From positions 66,936 through 130,935 of the forward strand of contig JAERTI010000038.1 in assembly GCA_016844925.1 (NCBI GenBank): a stretch of DNA of 64,000 bases. Reading direction: 5' to 3'. A model generated the notes under the pieces. It was given only the letters and a program-made list of their open reading frames with translations. It did no database searches and had not been told where the DNA came from. This DNA is from Candidatus Uhrbacteria bacterium. Its GTDB lineage: Bacteria > Patescibacteriota > Patescibacteriia > UBA9934 > GWF2-40-263. Made by a program: the position numbers and the translations under genes. Position 1 is the stretch's first letter. Every line of letters begins with the position of its first letter. Positions 29,784 to 39,856 of this stretch are shown here, one piece after another.

Positions 29784-30242
29784 TCAGCAGATGCCCTTGG
29801 GCGGGCGAAGGTGGAACCGCAGCTGGTGCGCCAGGAATCGCAGGGACTTCCGGAGCTGGTGAGGGGACTGGATCACCGGCTTGAAGGCCGTGTGAGAGGA
29901 AGTCCGCTCGAGCGGGTTCTGGTAGACGGTGATGGTGATGTTGTCGTCGCCATCGATCTGGACGATCATCCAGTGAAGACGTCGTTCGCTCCATCGCGCC
30001 ATGGGGATTCGTACGGATCCGTCGGGACTCACGCCCACAGAACTGTTGTGCGGGTTTCCGTGAATGGTCGCGCCACAGTTCGTGTGGATGACGGTGTCGT
30101 ACGGGAGCGGGGCGTAGCCCTCGTCCTTCATCTGAAGCTTCTCTCGCGTGGACTCGATCGCACGCCTGAACTCGAGGGTCTGTGCGGGGAGCTTGGAACG
30201 GAACACGCCGATCCGTTTTGCGTCTGCTTGTCCCATTGGCAT
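29784..30242 (-). CDS. hypothetical protein
   Basis: AGGAGG RBS plus a TTGACA-N17-TATTCT promoter embedded in the upstream terminator. Weak resemblance to the C-terminus of calcineurin-like phosphoesterases, not relied on. GC-rich. Confidence 0.5.
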   Translation of the reverse strand: MPMGQADAKRIGVFRSKLPAQTLEFRRAIESTREKLQMKDEGYAPLPYDTVIHTNCGATIHGNPHNSSVGVSPDGSVRIPMARWSERRLHWMIVQIDGDDNITITVYQNPLERTSSHTAFKPVIQSPHQLRKSLRFLAHQLRFHLRPPKGIC

Positions 30243-30295
30243 TCGGCCTCCTGTGAAAATCGCACCCGGCAGAATAATCAAAAAGACCGATTTTG

Positions 30296-30571
30296 TCAAT
30301 CGGTCTTTTTGCTTTCTAGATACTTTTTAATCCATCGTTTCTTAAAAAACGGGAGGGATTGTGTTGAGAGGTAGTAGCCAATGGTGGGGATCAGGGCGCC
30401 CAGCCATGGTTGTTCTACGCCGATGCCCCACATCACTGCCGTGGCGATGATGTAGGTAATGATCGTGATGCTGACGATTCGATACGTACTTGTCTCCCAG
30501 GCTTTATCCGCCTCCACACGTTGGTTGCGACGCTGTAGTTCATGAATGTCTTTTGATGTCTGGTCGTTCAT
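30296..30571 (-). CDS. small 2-TM membrane protein
   Basis: 91 aa with two hydrophobic helices. The terminator hairpin gaccgatt-ttgtc-aatcggtc lies at 30281-30315. Confidence 0.5.
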   Translation of the reverse strand: MNDQTSKDIHELQRRNQRVEADKAWETSTYRIVSITIITYIIATAVMWGIGVEQPWLGALIPTIGYYLSTQSLPFFKKRWIKKYLESKKTD

Positions 30572-30648
30572 AGTACGTTGGTTGACAGGCTTACAAGATT
30601 CAACTTAGATGCCGGTGGACAATTCTGTCAACGACAGAAGGAGGTGAA

Positions 30649-31263
30649 ATGTCCAAAGTGCCTGAGCCAAACGTGTGGACCGACGCAGAGGGCAAGCCCT
30701 TGGGAGAGCGGACGGACATCGTTGGACGCAGGGGGCCGTTGCCATTCTCGCTGGAGACTGGTGCCAGAGCCGAGCAGTTGTACGAGCAGATGCGCACGGC
30801 CGGAGCTTCGTGCAGGGGGATCAGTCTCGGGCACTTCACACGCTTCCCGCCGCCCAACCCGGATCGCTGCGGTGAGTTCGTGGGGCATCTGCTGCAGTTC
30901 CGAGGGAAGCTCGGAACGGGCTACGAGCACAAGGGAGGATGGCTCAGCTTCGATCTTGTCTTGCGTCGCGTCATGGACGAAGGGTACGTTCCGGCTTCCT
31001 GGTCCATGCTCATGGCCTTCATGACCGCCGGGCACGGCAAGTTGATCGAGCGACCTGACTGTTGCAACGTGCTGGCTCTTGTTGAGGACACATCTCCTCT
31101 GATGGAGCCGAAGCTCAGTCTCAATTGCATGTCGTTCGGTCGCGGTTTCGAGGGGCGACTCAGTCTCTCGGGGAGTCCGCCGTTCGGATTCACGACCGGC
31201 GAGATGTGGATGAACGTCACGGAGAACTGGGTCCTGGTCGTCGAGAAGTCGGAGGCCGACTAG
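30649..31263 (+). CDS. hypothetical protein
   Basis: 204 aa, GC-rich. RBS ggaggtgaaATG. The terminator gccgagcaacacgctcggcttttttt follows. Confidence 0.5.
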   Translation: MSKVPEPNVWTDAEGKPLGERTDIVGRRGPLPFSLETGARAEQLYEQMRTAGASCRGISLGHFTRFPPPNPDRCGEFVGHLLQFRGKLGTGYEHKGGWLSFDLVLRRVMDEGYVPASWSMLMAFMTAGHGKLIERPDCCNVLALVEDTSPLMEPKLSLNCMSFGRGFEGRLSLSGSPPFGFTTGEMWMNVTENWVLVVEKSEAD

Positions 31264-31353
31264 ACCAACGCGCCGAGCAACACGCTCGGCTTTTTTTGTT
31301 TATAGATGTCCACTTGTGAGAGGTTCTTTCGACGGGTATCATAGAAGCACCGA

Positions 31354-32160
31354 ATGACTATGATACGAATCATTTTTCTTTTTGCCGTCGTCTTAATGAC
31401 GGCCGCGCTCCCGGCGAGCGCTGCAGAGGATTTAGAAACGGTTGTCTCAGTGCAGTTCGATGCCGAGACGATCGTGAAGGGGTACACGCTTGAGTCTGAA
31501 GACCAGCGCATGCGTTTAGGGATTCGTCCTGAGACGCTCAATGTCTCAACGCAGGTGGATATCAAAACCCTTGATCCTTCTTTGATGGGAGACTCCCTTG
31601 AGTCATTCGCAGAAGCACCCGCGGATGTGTTGAGCGAGCGGGTGTTGCTGGGGGAGATTTATCTCTTCGACATTTTGAACAAGAGTAGCTATGACGGAAG
31701 CGACTTCTTCTTTCTTGAGATCAAGTATCCAGAAGAGGAAGAGGAAGACGAGCGGCTTCATGGTCGCCGTCGCATCTACTTTTACAACGGTGTGAGCGGT
31801 GAGTGGGAGGAACTCCCGAGTACGGACAGTCCAGAAAATGGTTCTGTGCGCGCGCTGATTCATCTGCCGTACGCACGCTTGGCGATTTTTGAAGATCAGA
31901 TTCCTGAGGTGGGCGAGGCAAGTTGGTATGCCTACAAGGGGTGTGATTGTGCCGCTTCTCCGGATTATCCAAAGGGAACATATCTTGTTGTCACACGCGT
32001 GAATGATCCGGAATCAAGTGTGACGGTGGTGGTGAATGACTATGGCCCTGAGAGGGATGTGCATCCAAATCGTATTATCGATCTAGACCTTGTGGCCTTT
32101 GAGAAACTTGTACCGCGGACCTGGGGGCTTGTGGATGTCCGTGTAACATTATTGCAATGA
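31354..32160 (+). CDS. RlpA-like double-psi beta-barrel (DPBB) domain protein
   Basis: Signal peptide. C-terminal ASWYAYKG...VVTRVNDPESSVTVVVNDYGP...RIIDLDLVAF matches RlpA-like lytic transglycosylase DPBB. Confidence 0.7.
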   Translation: MTMIRIIFLFAVVLMTAALPASAAEDLETVVSVQFDAETIVKGYTLESEDQRMRLGIRPETLNVSTQVDIKTLDPSLMGDSLESFAEAPADVLSERVLLGEIYLFDILNKSSYDGSDFFFLEIKYPEEEEEDERLHGRRRIYFYNGVSGEWEELPSTDSPENGSVRALIHLPYARLAIFEDQIPEVGEASWYAYKGCDCAASPDYPKGTYLVVTRVNDPESSVTVVVNDYGPERDVHPNRIIDLDLVAFEKLVPRTWGLVDVRVTLLQ

Positions 32161-32837
32161 TTCGACTCAAAAAAGTTTCAAAAACGTACCACCCCAATGT
32201 TGTTGGTGTGAAGGGGGTGAGCCTGCATATTCCTGCAGGTGAGTTTGTTTCTATCGTGGGAAAGAGTGGAACAGGGAAGTCGACGCTCGCAAAGTTGCTG
32301 TTTGCTGAAGAGAGGCCTTCCTCAGGGGTGATTGAGATTGGTGGTTGGGATATTACGCACATTCATAACCGAGACATTCCGCTTCTGCGACGGCAAATCG
32401 GTGTGGTATTCCAGGATTTCAAGCTGCTCCCGCAAAAAACTGTGTATGAGAACGTGGCGTTTGCCCTTCAGGTGGGGGGTGCTAAGCCTCGACGTATTCG
32501 CGAGGTCGTGCCGAAGGTGCTTGAGATTGTTGGTCTTCACGAGAAAGCCAGCCGTTATCCACGCCAGCTCTCCGGTGGTGAGCAGCAGCGTGTAGCCATT
32601 GCTCGTGCGCTTGTGCACTCACCGAAGGTATTGGTGGCTGATGAGCCTACGGGGAATCTCGACACACTTAATACACGCGAGATCGTAGACCTGCTGCAAA
32701 AGATTAATGAGTTTGGAACAACGGTCTGTTTGGTGACACATGATCGCGAGGTGGTGAATCGGCTCAAGCGTCGTGTGATAACGCTTGAGGACGGAAAAGT
32801 GGCTTCAGACGTTGAACAAGGGAGATATAAACTATGA
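32157..32837 (+). CDS. ftsE: cell division ABC ATPase FtsE
   Basis: Walker [13 protein letters not shown] signature LSGGEQQR and Walker B VLVADEPT. 226 aa. Overlaps the ftsX start. Confidence 0.88.
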   Translation: MIRLKKVSKTYHPNVVGVKGVSLHIPAGEFVSIVGKSGTGKSTLAKLLFAEERPSSGVIEIGGWDITHIHNRDIPLLRRQIGVVFQDFKLLPQKTVYENVAFALQVGGAKPRRIREVVPKVLEIVGLHEKASRYPRQLSGGEQQRVAIARALVHSPKVLVADEPTGNLDTLNTREIVDLLQKINEFGTTVCLVTHDREVVNRLKRRVITLEDGKVASDVEQGRYKL

Positions 32838-33748
32838 TTGTTTCTTCATTCCGCGTCACAAAATTTGCGTTTCAAAACTTCTGGAGAAATTTTTGGTTGT
32901 CCGTGATTACGGTGAGCATGCTGGTCATGACTCTCATCACCATCAATATTTTGTTGGTGTTGAACGTGGTGACTGAGGAGGCGATTTCTTTGGTGGAGGA
33001 TCGAATCGAAGTGTCTGTTTACTTTCATGACTACGTTGATGAGGCAACGGTGGGAGGAGCCGTGGAATACTTGAGAGACCTGGCCCAAGTGCGGGATGTG
33101 GAGACGATTAGTGCCGATGAGGCGTACGAGCAGTTTGTCGAACGTCACAGTGATGATGAGGACATTATGGCGTCGCTTGATGAGCTTGGGGGCAATCCCT
33201 TTGGTCCAACACTGGTAGTGAAAGCAAATTCGGCAGAAGATTTTGAGTTGATTATCGATGCACTCGACAACCCGCAGTTCCGAGACGATATTCGAGAGAA
33301 AGACTTCTCTGATTATCAGGAGATCGTGGATCGGATCCGTGGAACCACGGATCAGATTGCGACGTTTGGTATTGCCCTGACAGGGATCTTTCTGCTGATT
33401 GCTATCATGATCGTCTTTAACACCGTCCGTATCGGGATCTTCATTCACCGTGAGGAGATCGGCATCATGCGCCTTGTGGGAGCGAGTAACTGGTTTATCA
33501 AAGCACCGTTCCACTTAGAGATGATGTTCTTGAGTCTCTTGGCTGTCGGTATCGCCGCTGGAATCGTGTTCCCTGTGGTGAATATTCTTGAGCCAAAGTT
33601 TAGTGTGTACTTTGGCACGCAAGGGGCAGGCATCGCCGAGTTCTTTATGGAAAACGGCCTCTGGATTTTTGGAGGGCAGTTCTTGATCCTGGCAGTCGTG
33701 ACCATTATTTCTACATCCATGGCCATGAGGAAGTATCTCAAGGTATGA
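32834..33748 (+). CDS. ftsX: cell division permease FtsX
   Basis: Four TM helices, an extracytoplasmic loop domain and FtsX-type topology. Coupled to ftsE. Confidence 0.85.
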   Translation: MIVSSFRVTKFAFQNFWRNFWLSVITVSMLVMTLITINILLVLNVVTEEAISLVEDRIEVSVYFHDYVDEATVGGAVEYLRDLAQVRDVETISADEAYEQFVERHSDDEDIMASLDELGGNPFGPTLVVKANSAEDFELIIDALDNPQFRDDIREKDFSDYQEIVDRIRGTTDQIATFGIALTGIFLLIAIMIVFNTVRIGIFIHREEIGIMRLVGASNWFIKAPFHLEMMFLSLLAVGIAAGIVFPVVNILEPKFSVYFGTQGAGIAEFFMENGLWIFGGQFLILAVVTIISTSMAMRKYLKV

Positions 33749-35331
33749 AGAACGTCAATCTCGTTTTAGCATTCATTGCCGCCGCATTCTTCGGAGTGTT
33801 GGCGGCTCTTGTTTATACAAAGTTTTTTTTCGAGCCTGACCAGCAGATCCTTGATTCTTCTGCACAGCAGGAGGTTGACCTTGATCAAGTTTGGGAGGCG
33901 GGTGTCCGTGCTGAACTTTTTAGCTATACAGCGCATGGGCAAACCTACGTTAGCTCGGGGACGGCTGAGATTCAGTGGCAGGTACCACAGTGGTCCGTTG
34001 ATCATTATGTTGTCTCTGCGATCGACGGAGTGAGCGACATGGAGACACGCGTTCGTGTCGAGCAGATGTCAGCACGTTTTGATGGGCTGAAGTCAGACAC
34101 AGAGTATACGTTCACCGTTACGGCCTGCGGGGTCTCGGATTGTTCCGATGGTGTTGAATCTGAGGAAGTGGAGATCCGAACAGGGGAGGAGTACTGGCAA
34201 ATTGAAGGTGAGGGAGCAAGTTATGAAGATGCGGTTGAGGTGGTTGAGCACGGATCGACGCTCTCATACGTACTGCCGTATGGAGATTGGGCACCAGCAG
34301 ACCTTCAGGGGGTCGTGAAGTACTACTACAATGCCATGCCTTCACCTGGGCAGGGGTTCGAGGGAGGAATTCGTGTGGCTGCCTCAGATGAGGGGTACGA
34401 TGTGTTTGAAGATGTGAAAGCGCTCTTTTTGCGGGAATGTCATGAGATGGGTCAGCAGGGCGCCGAGTGCCCGGAGCAGCTGCTTGAAATGTTTGCCTTT
34501 CAGGTGGTGCCATTGATGTCAGGAAAGGTTCGATTGTTTTTCGAAGCTAGTTCGCCTGCAGATGAGGATCATCTAACACGAATCTATTCGCTCGATAGTC
34601 AGGATGGCTATGAGGGGGAGGATTTCAATCGCGCAGTTGATTCAGATGTCTGTGGCGACGGTGAGCAGTGGGACCTTATTGAGGATGGTGACTGTGAACC
34701 TGAGCTTCTTATTGGATCAGAGGAGGCGGGGGAGCGTTCATGGTTGAATCAGGCGCGTCAGCACAAGATTGGGTACCCAAAGATGGATTCCTGGCTTTGG
34801 GATGAAGCCCCTGGCACGTTTATGATTGTGACGGGCGAGGATGAATGTGGGTATACGCGCGATGGGTTGTTTTATGCCGTGTGGGACGGAAGCGATTGGC
34901 TGGTTGAGCAGGAAGACGGATGCGCCACGCCACTGGTAAGTGCGGGGCATGGCCCGGTTGTCGTGCATATGGGGGAGGCGAGGTACAAAGTCTATTACGA
35001 GATGTACGATTATGTCAGTGGCAATGAGGGGGCGTGGGAATCCAAGCCAACACAGGTATTGTATGCCGATGGTCTGCGCACAGGTGATGAGAATGTCGTC
35101 GAGCTTGCTGATTGGGAGGATGAAGATCTGGCGCGCGAGATTCATTTCCTTTGGCCTGACGGCACGCTGCTTACAGATGATGAGGAAGCCGGCCTAGGAG
35201 ATCATGTGATTTGGTTGCCAGAACAGTCACTGGAGGAACAGGTGATGTATATGAATCTTGGGGGGTTTGATAATCCAGATTGGAAGAAGGCCTCGGCAGG
35301 ATTGGGGATGGCAAGGTTGGTGAATCCGTAG
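33745..35331 (+). CDS. membrane-anchored protein with FN3-like domain and large acidic beta-rich domain (possible FtsEX partner)
   Basis: N-terminal TM helix. FN3-like DTEYTFTVTACG. Translationally coupled to ftsX. No M23 or CHAP motif detected. Confidence 0.4.
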   Translation: MKNVNLVLAFIAAAFFGVLAALVYTKFFFEPDQQILDSSAQQEVDLDQVWEAGVRAELFSYTAHGQTYVSSGTAEIQWQVPQWSVDHYVVSAIDGVSDMETRVRVEQMSARFDGLKSDTEYTFTVTACGVSDCSDGVESEEVEIRTGEEYWQIEGEGASYEDAVEVVEHGSTLSYVLPYGDWAPADLQGVVKYYYNAMPSPGQGFEGGIRVAASDEGYDVFEDVKALFLRECHEMGQQGAECPEQLLEMFAFQVVPLMSGKVRLFFEASSPADEDHLTRIYSLDSQDGYEGEDFNRAVDSDVCGDGEQWDLIEDGDCEPELLIGSEEAGERSWLNQARQHKIGYPKMDSWLWDEAPGTFMIVTGEDECGYTRDGLFYAVWDGSDWLVEQEDGCATPLVSAGHGPVVVHMGEARYKVYYEMYDYVSGNEGAWESKPTQVLYADGLRTGDENVVELADWEDEDLAREIHFLWPDGTLLTDDEEAGLGDHVIWLPEQSLEEQVMYMNLGGFDNPDWKKASAGLGMARLVNP

Positions 35332-35459
35332 CGGGAATGATAGAATTTTGGTAATGATTTTTAACGTGCGTGTGTATGTTTGGCGAGAGAAGTCGAGGGG
35401 ACCGAGGACCGTCTCCTGAAGAGAGAAAAAGAGATGTCGCTAGAAAGTTAGGTGATTCA

Positions 35460-36008
35460 ATGAAGAATCTTGATGTTAATCTTTTTCGAAGTAAGGCTCA
35501 CTTGGGTGATTTCTCCAAGGTTGATATTGGGGAGATTGATGACTTGATGAAGTTGTTGGGGGAGGTGAAGATGCATGCGGAGGCAGACGCGGTGAATGCT
35601 GAGATAGGTGAAAAGGAGGCAAGGAAGCTGCGCGAGACAATGGAGGGTACAGAGCGGGGGCAGCAGATTTTACGTCTTCGTGAAGTGATTGAGGATGAAC
35701 TCGATACAGAGTTTTTTGGACCCAAAGAGCAGGGGCTTGCCAAGTATCGGATCATGAATGACATGCCCGGGATTATTGATGGGGAAGAGGTGTATCTTTC
35801 AGATGTGTTGTCAGAGATGGAAATAGGGCACTTGGGAATTCATGGTGATCAGGGCGATCATGATTATGGTGGATATAAAACTACGGTTAAAGTTCGGCTT
35901 AATGAGACCGGTGATGGAGTCTATCTAGATTATGAAGGAGGTGAGATGGACGATGCCGGCCGGGCTGAGCTTGAAGGCTTGATTAAAAAGACGATTGATC
36001 AAGCATAG
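35460..36008 (+). CDS. hypothetical acidic protein
   Basis: Start taken at MKNLDVN with an AGGTGA RBS. The longer ORF starts at a GTG. A terminator follows at 36017-36050. Confidence 0.45.
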   Translation: MKNLDVNLFRSKAHLGDFSKVDIGEIDDLMKLLGEVKMHAEADAVNAEIGEKEARKLRETMEGTERGQQILRLREVIEDELDTEFFGPKEQGLAKYRIMNDMPGIIDGEEVYLSDVLSEMEIGHLGIHGDQGDHDYGGYKTTVKVRLNETGDGVYLDYEGGEMDDAGRAELEGLIKKTIDQA

Positions 36009-36169
36009 ATTGATTGTCAGTAAACACCCGCCAGACGGCGGGTGTTTTTTACTTTAAGGGAAATGTATCAAGTTTAAAAAAGAAACACCCGCCAGCCAAC
36101 GAGTCACCCGGAAGGAGTTTCTCGCTGACGGCGGGTCAGCTGTGGGACGTGTTCCCGTGATGTGAGGTG

Positions 36170-37018
36170 TCAGGCCAGGAGTGGCCTCAGTGCCTCTTCG
36201 ATGTTGTTCTGGTACGCAGGGGAGCGCAGGAGGTTGTCGACATCGGGGAAGTCGATCTCCATGCGGCTGCTGAAGGTCAGGTGCCCACCGTTCACTTCGA
36301 TCATCTCGTTCACGAGCTGAGCGAGGCGGGGATGGATGTGGACTTCGAGGTTGCTCACAGCTTCCTCGAACGCGCCTTCCTTTCCACCGAATTCCTTCTC
36401 GATGTCGCGGAGCTTCTTGTGGGTCTTGCCCTTGCTGCTGAGATCCTTGGTGACGAAAGAGGCATACCGGAAGGCCGTGCGGACGGCATCCTTCCCCTTG
36501 TACACCGCGATCAGAAGGAAGATGATGTCGGCGATGGGGTTCAGGGCCAGGAAGATGCCAATGAGGCCAACGATCACCGTCGAGGCAGCCTCTGCACTCT
36601 GATCAGCTGCCTGCGCTTTGTTCGCGTGAATCTCCGCGAACTCCTTCTCGGCTGGACCCGCCACTTCCTCACGAGACCTTGTCTTGGCCGCGGAGAAGGC
36701 AGCTCCGAACTCGTTGTTGAGTCGGTGGGCCAGGAGCTCGGGGTCCATGTCGTCACGACCGGCGATCATCACCAGACGTGGCTTCACGAGGATTCCCGAG
36801 CGGAGGCTCTTGAGCGCAGCCTCGAAGTCGAATTCGAGGATGTAGTCGTCGGGGTTCGGGCCCGTGGGAAGTAGGAATCCGGGGATCTCGACTTCCGTGA
36901 ACAGTCGTCCGAAGGTCGCTTCGTTCACACCCGAGACGAGGTTGCCCGCGCTGTCAGCTGCGGCTTTTGCGGCATCGGTGACGGCACCTGCAGCCCCTCT
37001 GAGCTTTCTCAGAATCAT
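36170..37018 (-). CDS. hypothetical protein with one TM segment
   Basis: 282 aa. RBS ggaggaaagcgaaATG. GC-rich. Confidence 0.5.
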   Translation of the reverse strand: MILRKLRGAAGAVTDAAKAAADSAGNLVSGVNEATFGRLFTEVEIPGFLLPTGPNPDDYILEFDFEAALKSLRSGILVKPRLVMIAGRDDMDPELLAHRLNNEFGAAFSAAKTRSREEVAGPAEKEFAEIHANKAQAADQSAEAASTVIVGLIGIFLALNPIADIIFLLIAVYKGKDAVRTAFRYASFVTKDLSSKGKTHKKLRDIEKEFGGKEGAFEEAVSNLEVHIHPRLAQLVNEMIEVNGGHLTFSSRMEIDFPDVDNLLRSPAYQNNIEEALRPLLA

Positions 37019-37169
37019 TTCGCTTTCCTCCAGATGATGGTTGCCAGAAGGCAGCAACGACAGAAGATACATGAAAAAGGGCATTTTGTCAATGCAGAGC
37101 GGGTGTTTTGTTTGGTGGGATGGGTTGTCGAGAATGGAGGAATCGACTATGATATTGCCGTCGTGATCC

Positions 37170-37243
37170 TCCCGGGTCGTCTAAAGGCAGGACATCTGGT
37201 TTTGGTCCAGAGAATCGGGGTTCGAATCCCTGCCCGGGAACCA
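37170..37243 (+). tRNA. tRNA-Gln (anticodon TTG)
   Basis: Acceptor TCCCGGG pairs with CCCGGGA (U1-A72). D-arm is GTCT-AAAGGCA-GGAC. Anticodon stem is TCTGG/CCAGA with loop TTTTGGT. T-arm is CGGGG-TTCGAAT-CCCTG. CCA is encoded. G37 is atypical. Confidence 0.7.
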
Positions 37244-37282
37244 CATAAAACCACCAGTGCATTCTGGTGGTTTTATGTTTTG
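37244..37282 (+). terminator. rho-independent terminator
   Basis: aaaaccaccagtgcattctggtggttttatgttttg. Confidence 0.7.
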
Positions 37283-37338
37283 AGGGTAAACAAGAATCCC
37301 GCCCAGAGACAGGATTCTCTGCGCGGGGGCGCGGCCGA

Positions 37339-37644
37339 TTAGCCCTCGGCGGGGGTTTGGGTCAGCGTGGGGTTCGACTCCAGGGTGAAGGCCCATTCTA
37401 GGACTCCGATGGTCTCCTGGGCTTTCTCCCAGTCACGAGCCTGTGCGAAGCGTTCGATGGCTTGTGCATGTCCGGTGATGTCATGGGCGGGGTTGCCGAC
37501 CAGCATCTCCATGCGCCTGGTGGCCATGATCAGCTTCCAGGAGTCTTGAGCGCACGTGGCGTTTTTCATCTGTCCGATGAGATCCTCTCCCTCTGGCTTG
37601 AACGCAGGTGTGCGCTTGCTGGCGAGGGATGGGCGGCTCGACAT
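37339..37644 (-). CDS. hypothetical protein
   Basis: Start at MSSRPS with an AAGGAGG RBS. GC-rich. 101 aa. Confidence 0.45.
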   Translation of the reverse strand: MSSRPSLASKRTPAFKPEGEDLIGQMKNATCAQDSWKLIMATRRMEMLVGNPAHDITGHAQAIERFAQARDWEKAQETIGVLEWAFTLESNPTLTQTPAEG

Positions 37645-37660
37645 CTGTCCTCCTTCTTGG

Positions 37661-38476
37661 TTAGACGGACCCACCAAGATAGTCGAGCGTGTGCCAATTG
37701 TCAATCGTGTCGCCGTAGAACGTTGAGGCGAGGGAATGGAGATCTTTGCCCGTGGTGAAGTAGCGGCGCGCGCTGTTTTGGTCGATGCGTTCTAACATCT
37801 CTGGATGGCGCTCCAAGTAGTCTGCAAGGCTCTTTGCGACGATGCTTCCTTGGCTTAGTAGTTTCACGTGTTCAGGGTGGTGTTTGCTGAAGAGGTCTTC
37901 GATCAGGGGGTAGTGCGTGCATCCTAAAAGAATACTGGTGATCGAGGGGGCCTTGGCAATGAGCTCGTCGGTAAAGTGTTTGGCGAGCTGGTTGCAGTTT
38001 TCCCCTTCGTGGCGTCCAGCTTCGATCAGGTCGGTGAGTCCTGGGCACGCGAGTTGTTCAACACGGACGGATGGATTGAGTTTTTTTAGCTCTTCGACGT
38101 AAGCCTCGCTCTCTACCGTCGCTGGTGTGGCGAAGATTCCCACATCGGTTCCGTTTTGTGCGAGTTGTTCTGCAGCAGGACGAATGACACCTAGAACACG
38201 CCTGTCAGGAAATTCCTCAGGGAGTACTTCTTTTTGAATACGACTCAAGGCTTGTGCACTCGCGGTGTTGCAGGCCAGGATTACCAATGGGCAGCCTTGT
38301 TCAAACAAAAATCGTACGCCCTCGAGGGTGTACTGGTAGATTTCTTCTTGAGAGCGAACGCCGTAGGGGGCACGTGCGTTGTCGCCGAGGTAGATGGTTG
38401 AAAGATTCGGCAGGTGCTGATGAATGGGCTGTAGAACCGTGAGACCACCGAATCCTGAATCGAAAATACCTAACAT
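37661..38476 (-). CDS. murI: glutamate racemase
   Basis: N-terminal GIFDSGFGGLTV. The two catalytic Cys regions CNTAS and GCTHYP are present. Confidence 0.9.
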   Translation of the reverse strand: MLGIFDSGFGGLTVLQPIHQHLPNLSTIYLGDNARAPYGVRSQEEIYQYTLEGVRFLFEQGCPLVILACNTASAQALSRIQKEVLPEEFPDRRVLGVIRPAAEQLAQNGTDVGIFATPATVESEAYVEELKKLNPSVRVEQLACPGLTDLIEAGRHEGENCNQLAKHFTDELIAKAPSITSILLGCTHYPLIEDLFSKHHPEHVKLLSQGSIVAKSLADYLERHPEMLERIDQNSARRYFTTGKDLHSLASTFYGDTIDNWHTLDYLGGSV

Positions 38477-38586
38477 GTACGGACAGTAAACCAGGATCTT
38501 GGCGTGCTGTCGACAGTCGGCTTTTGCTGTGGCACCATAGGGGAAGAATTAATGAGAAACCTATGGTGAGACGAGGTGGTGAACAG

Positions 38587-38988
38587 ATGAGTCGAGACGA
38601 GCTGAATCGTCAGCTTCTGGAGAGGATGCAGGCTCAGCGAGATACGGAAAAACCTAAGCCGAAGGCTGAGAAACCACGACGTCCTTCCATTGCTGAACGT
38701 TTAGCTGCTCGCATGAGAGAGTTGGATGCGGCAAAGCAGAGCCCTGCAGAATCTCGTGACAAGCCAGTGAGACAAGTTGAGACACCTGAAGACAAAAATC
38801 GTACACGCTTAAGGCGGGAGATAGGTCAGATTGAGGGTCAGATAGCTCAAACGCAACAGCGACTCGATAGAGCTCGCCGCAGGAGAGATTCACACAAAGA
38901 AGATTGGTACAAAGGATTGATGCAGACCCTTGAGGATCGAAAAGCACGGACACAAAAACAACTAGATTCATTAACAGACGCTGAATAA
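38587..38988 (+). CDS. hypothetical basic coiled-coil protein
   Basis: Start chosen at MSRDEL with a GAGGTGGTGA RBS. Lys/Arg/Glu-rich helices. Confidence 0.45.
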   Translation: MSRDELNRQLLERMQAQRDTEKPKPKAEKPRRPSIAERLAARMRELDAAKQSPAESRDKPVRQVETPEDKNRTRLRREIGQIEGQIAQTQQRLDRARRRRDSHKEDWYKGLMQTLEDRKARTQKQLDSLTDAE

Positions 38989-38999
38989 GCGGCATACGT

Positions 39000-39497
39000 A
39001 TGGCAAAACCAACGGGACTATTTATTGGAAGTTTTCAGCCCTACCACATCGGGCATCATCTCGTTATTCAAGGGATGACAAAGTTGTGTGGCAAGGTGGT
39101 GATCGCGATCGGGAGCTCAGAGAAGTCTGGGACGCCCGAGCATCCATTTACCGCACAGGAGCGCAAAGAGATGATTCAGGCAGCGCTTCAGGACGAGGAT
39201 ATTATTCCGATGTTCGATATCGTCTTCATCGAGGTGCCTGATATGGATGATGATGGCGCTTGGGCAGATCATGTATTGGAGAAGGCTGGAGAGGTGGATG
39301 TTGTTTGGTCAGGGGACGAGTCTACTCAGAAGTGTTTTGAAGGAAAGAAAGAGATCAAGGAGATCAAGGAGGTGCCAGGCATTAGTGCCACGGGCATTCG
39401 AGAACAGATTAAAGTTGACGGCGACTGGCGCGACAAGGTGCCTGCAGCTGTTGTAAAAGCGATGAGCGACCTTGGTGGGCGCAAGCGCATGGGCTAG
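39000..39497 (+). CDS. nicotinamide-nucleotide adenylyltransferase, archaeal/NadM type
   Basis: GSFQPYHIGH (H/TxGH nucleotidyltransferase motif) near the N-terminus. About 165 aa, matching the length of archaeal-type NMNAT. Confidence 0.7.
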   Translation: MAKPTGLFIGSFQPYHIGHHLVIQGMTKLCGKVVIAIGSSEKSGTPEHPFTAQERKEMIQAALQDEDIIPMFDIVFIEVPDMDDDGAWADHVLEKAGEVDVVWSGDESTQKCFEGKKEIKEIKEVPGISATGIREQIKVDGDWRDKVPAAVVKAMSDLGGRKRMG

Positions 39498-39499
39498 AC

Positions 39500-39811
39500 A
39501 TGAAACGTTTTGTGCTTCACATCTTGATGATGACACTCTTGCTCGGGCCTGCTATGGCTCCGGTGGGTGTTCATGCATCTATGGATATGGGGGATCATGC
39601 CCCGACCATGCATGATTGTTTGAAGCACTGTTTCGAGGTGATGCAAGCGCAGGCGCAGGAACAGGCCGTTCTTGGAAAGGTGTTGGTATTGGAGAGCGAA
39701 GCGACAGTTTCGTTTCATGTCAGTGTGCCTCGAGATGGTCATCTAGTGACGGCTGATGCTTTTGATCAAAGTGACCCGCGGCAAATACTGACAACCCAAA
39801 AACGCGAGTAA
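39500..39811 (+). CDS. secreted Met/His-rich small protein (putative periplasmic copper-binding protein)
   Basis: Signal peptide, then HASMDMGDHAPTMHDCLKHC. Immediately upstream of the copper efflux genes. Confidence 0.5.
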   Translation: MKRFVLHILMMTLLLGPAMAPVGVHASMDMGDHAPTMHDCLKHCFEVMQAQAQEQAVLGKVLVLESEATVSFHVSVPRDGHLVTADAFDQSDPRQILTTQKRE

Positions 39812-39856
39812 ACAAACGCAAGGTTTCGAATTCTTTATTCACCTTGTGTTTTTGTT

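Noticed and set aside
29784-30242. Calling this gene a calcineurin-like metallophosphoesterase
   Set aside because: Only a weak C-terminal resemblance (GNPHNS...SPDGS) is present. The N-terminal DxH and GDxxD motifs are absent.
36015-36150. Second copy of AAACACCCGCCAG about 60 nt after the 36017 terminator as a possible repeat element
   Set aside because: Only a 13-nt match. The second copy does not form a clean hairpin and is probably chance or a decayed terminator.
29437-37243. Possibility that the whole tRNA-Thr to tRNA-Gln interval is a prophage or integrative element
   Set aside because: The interval contains core cell-division genes (rlpA-like, ftsEX). It has no integrase, no structural phage genes, and no matching direct repeat at the tRNA-Gln end.
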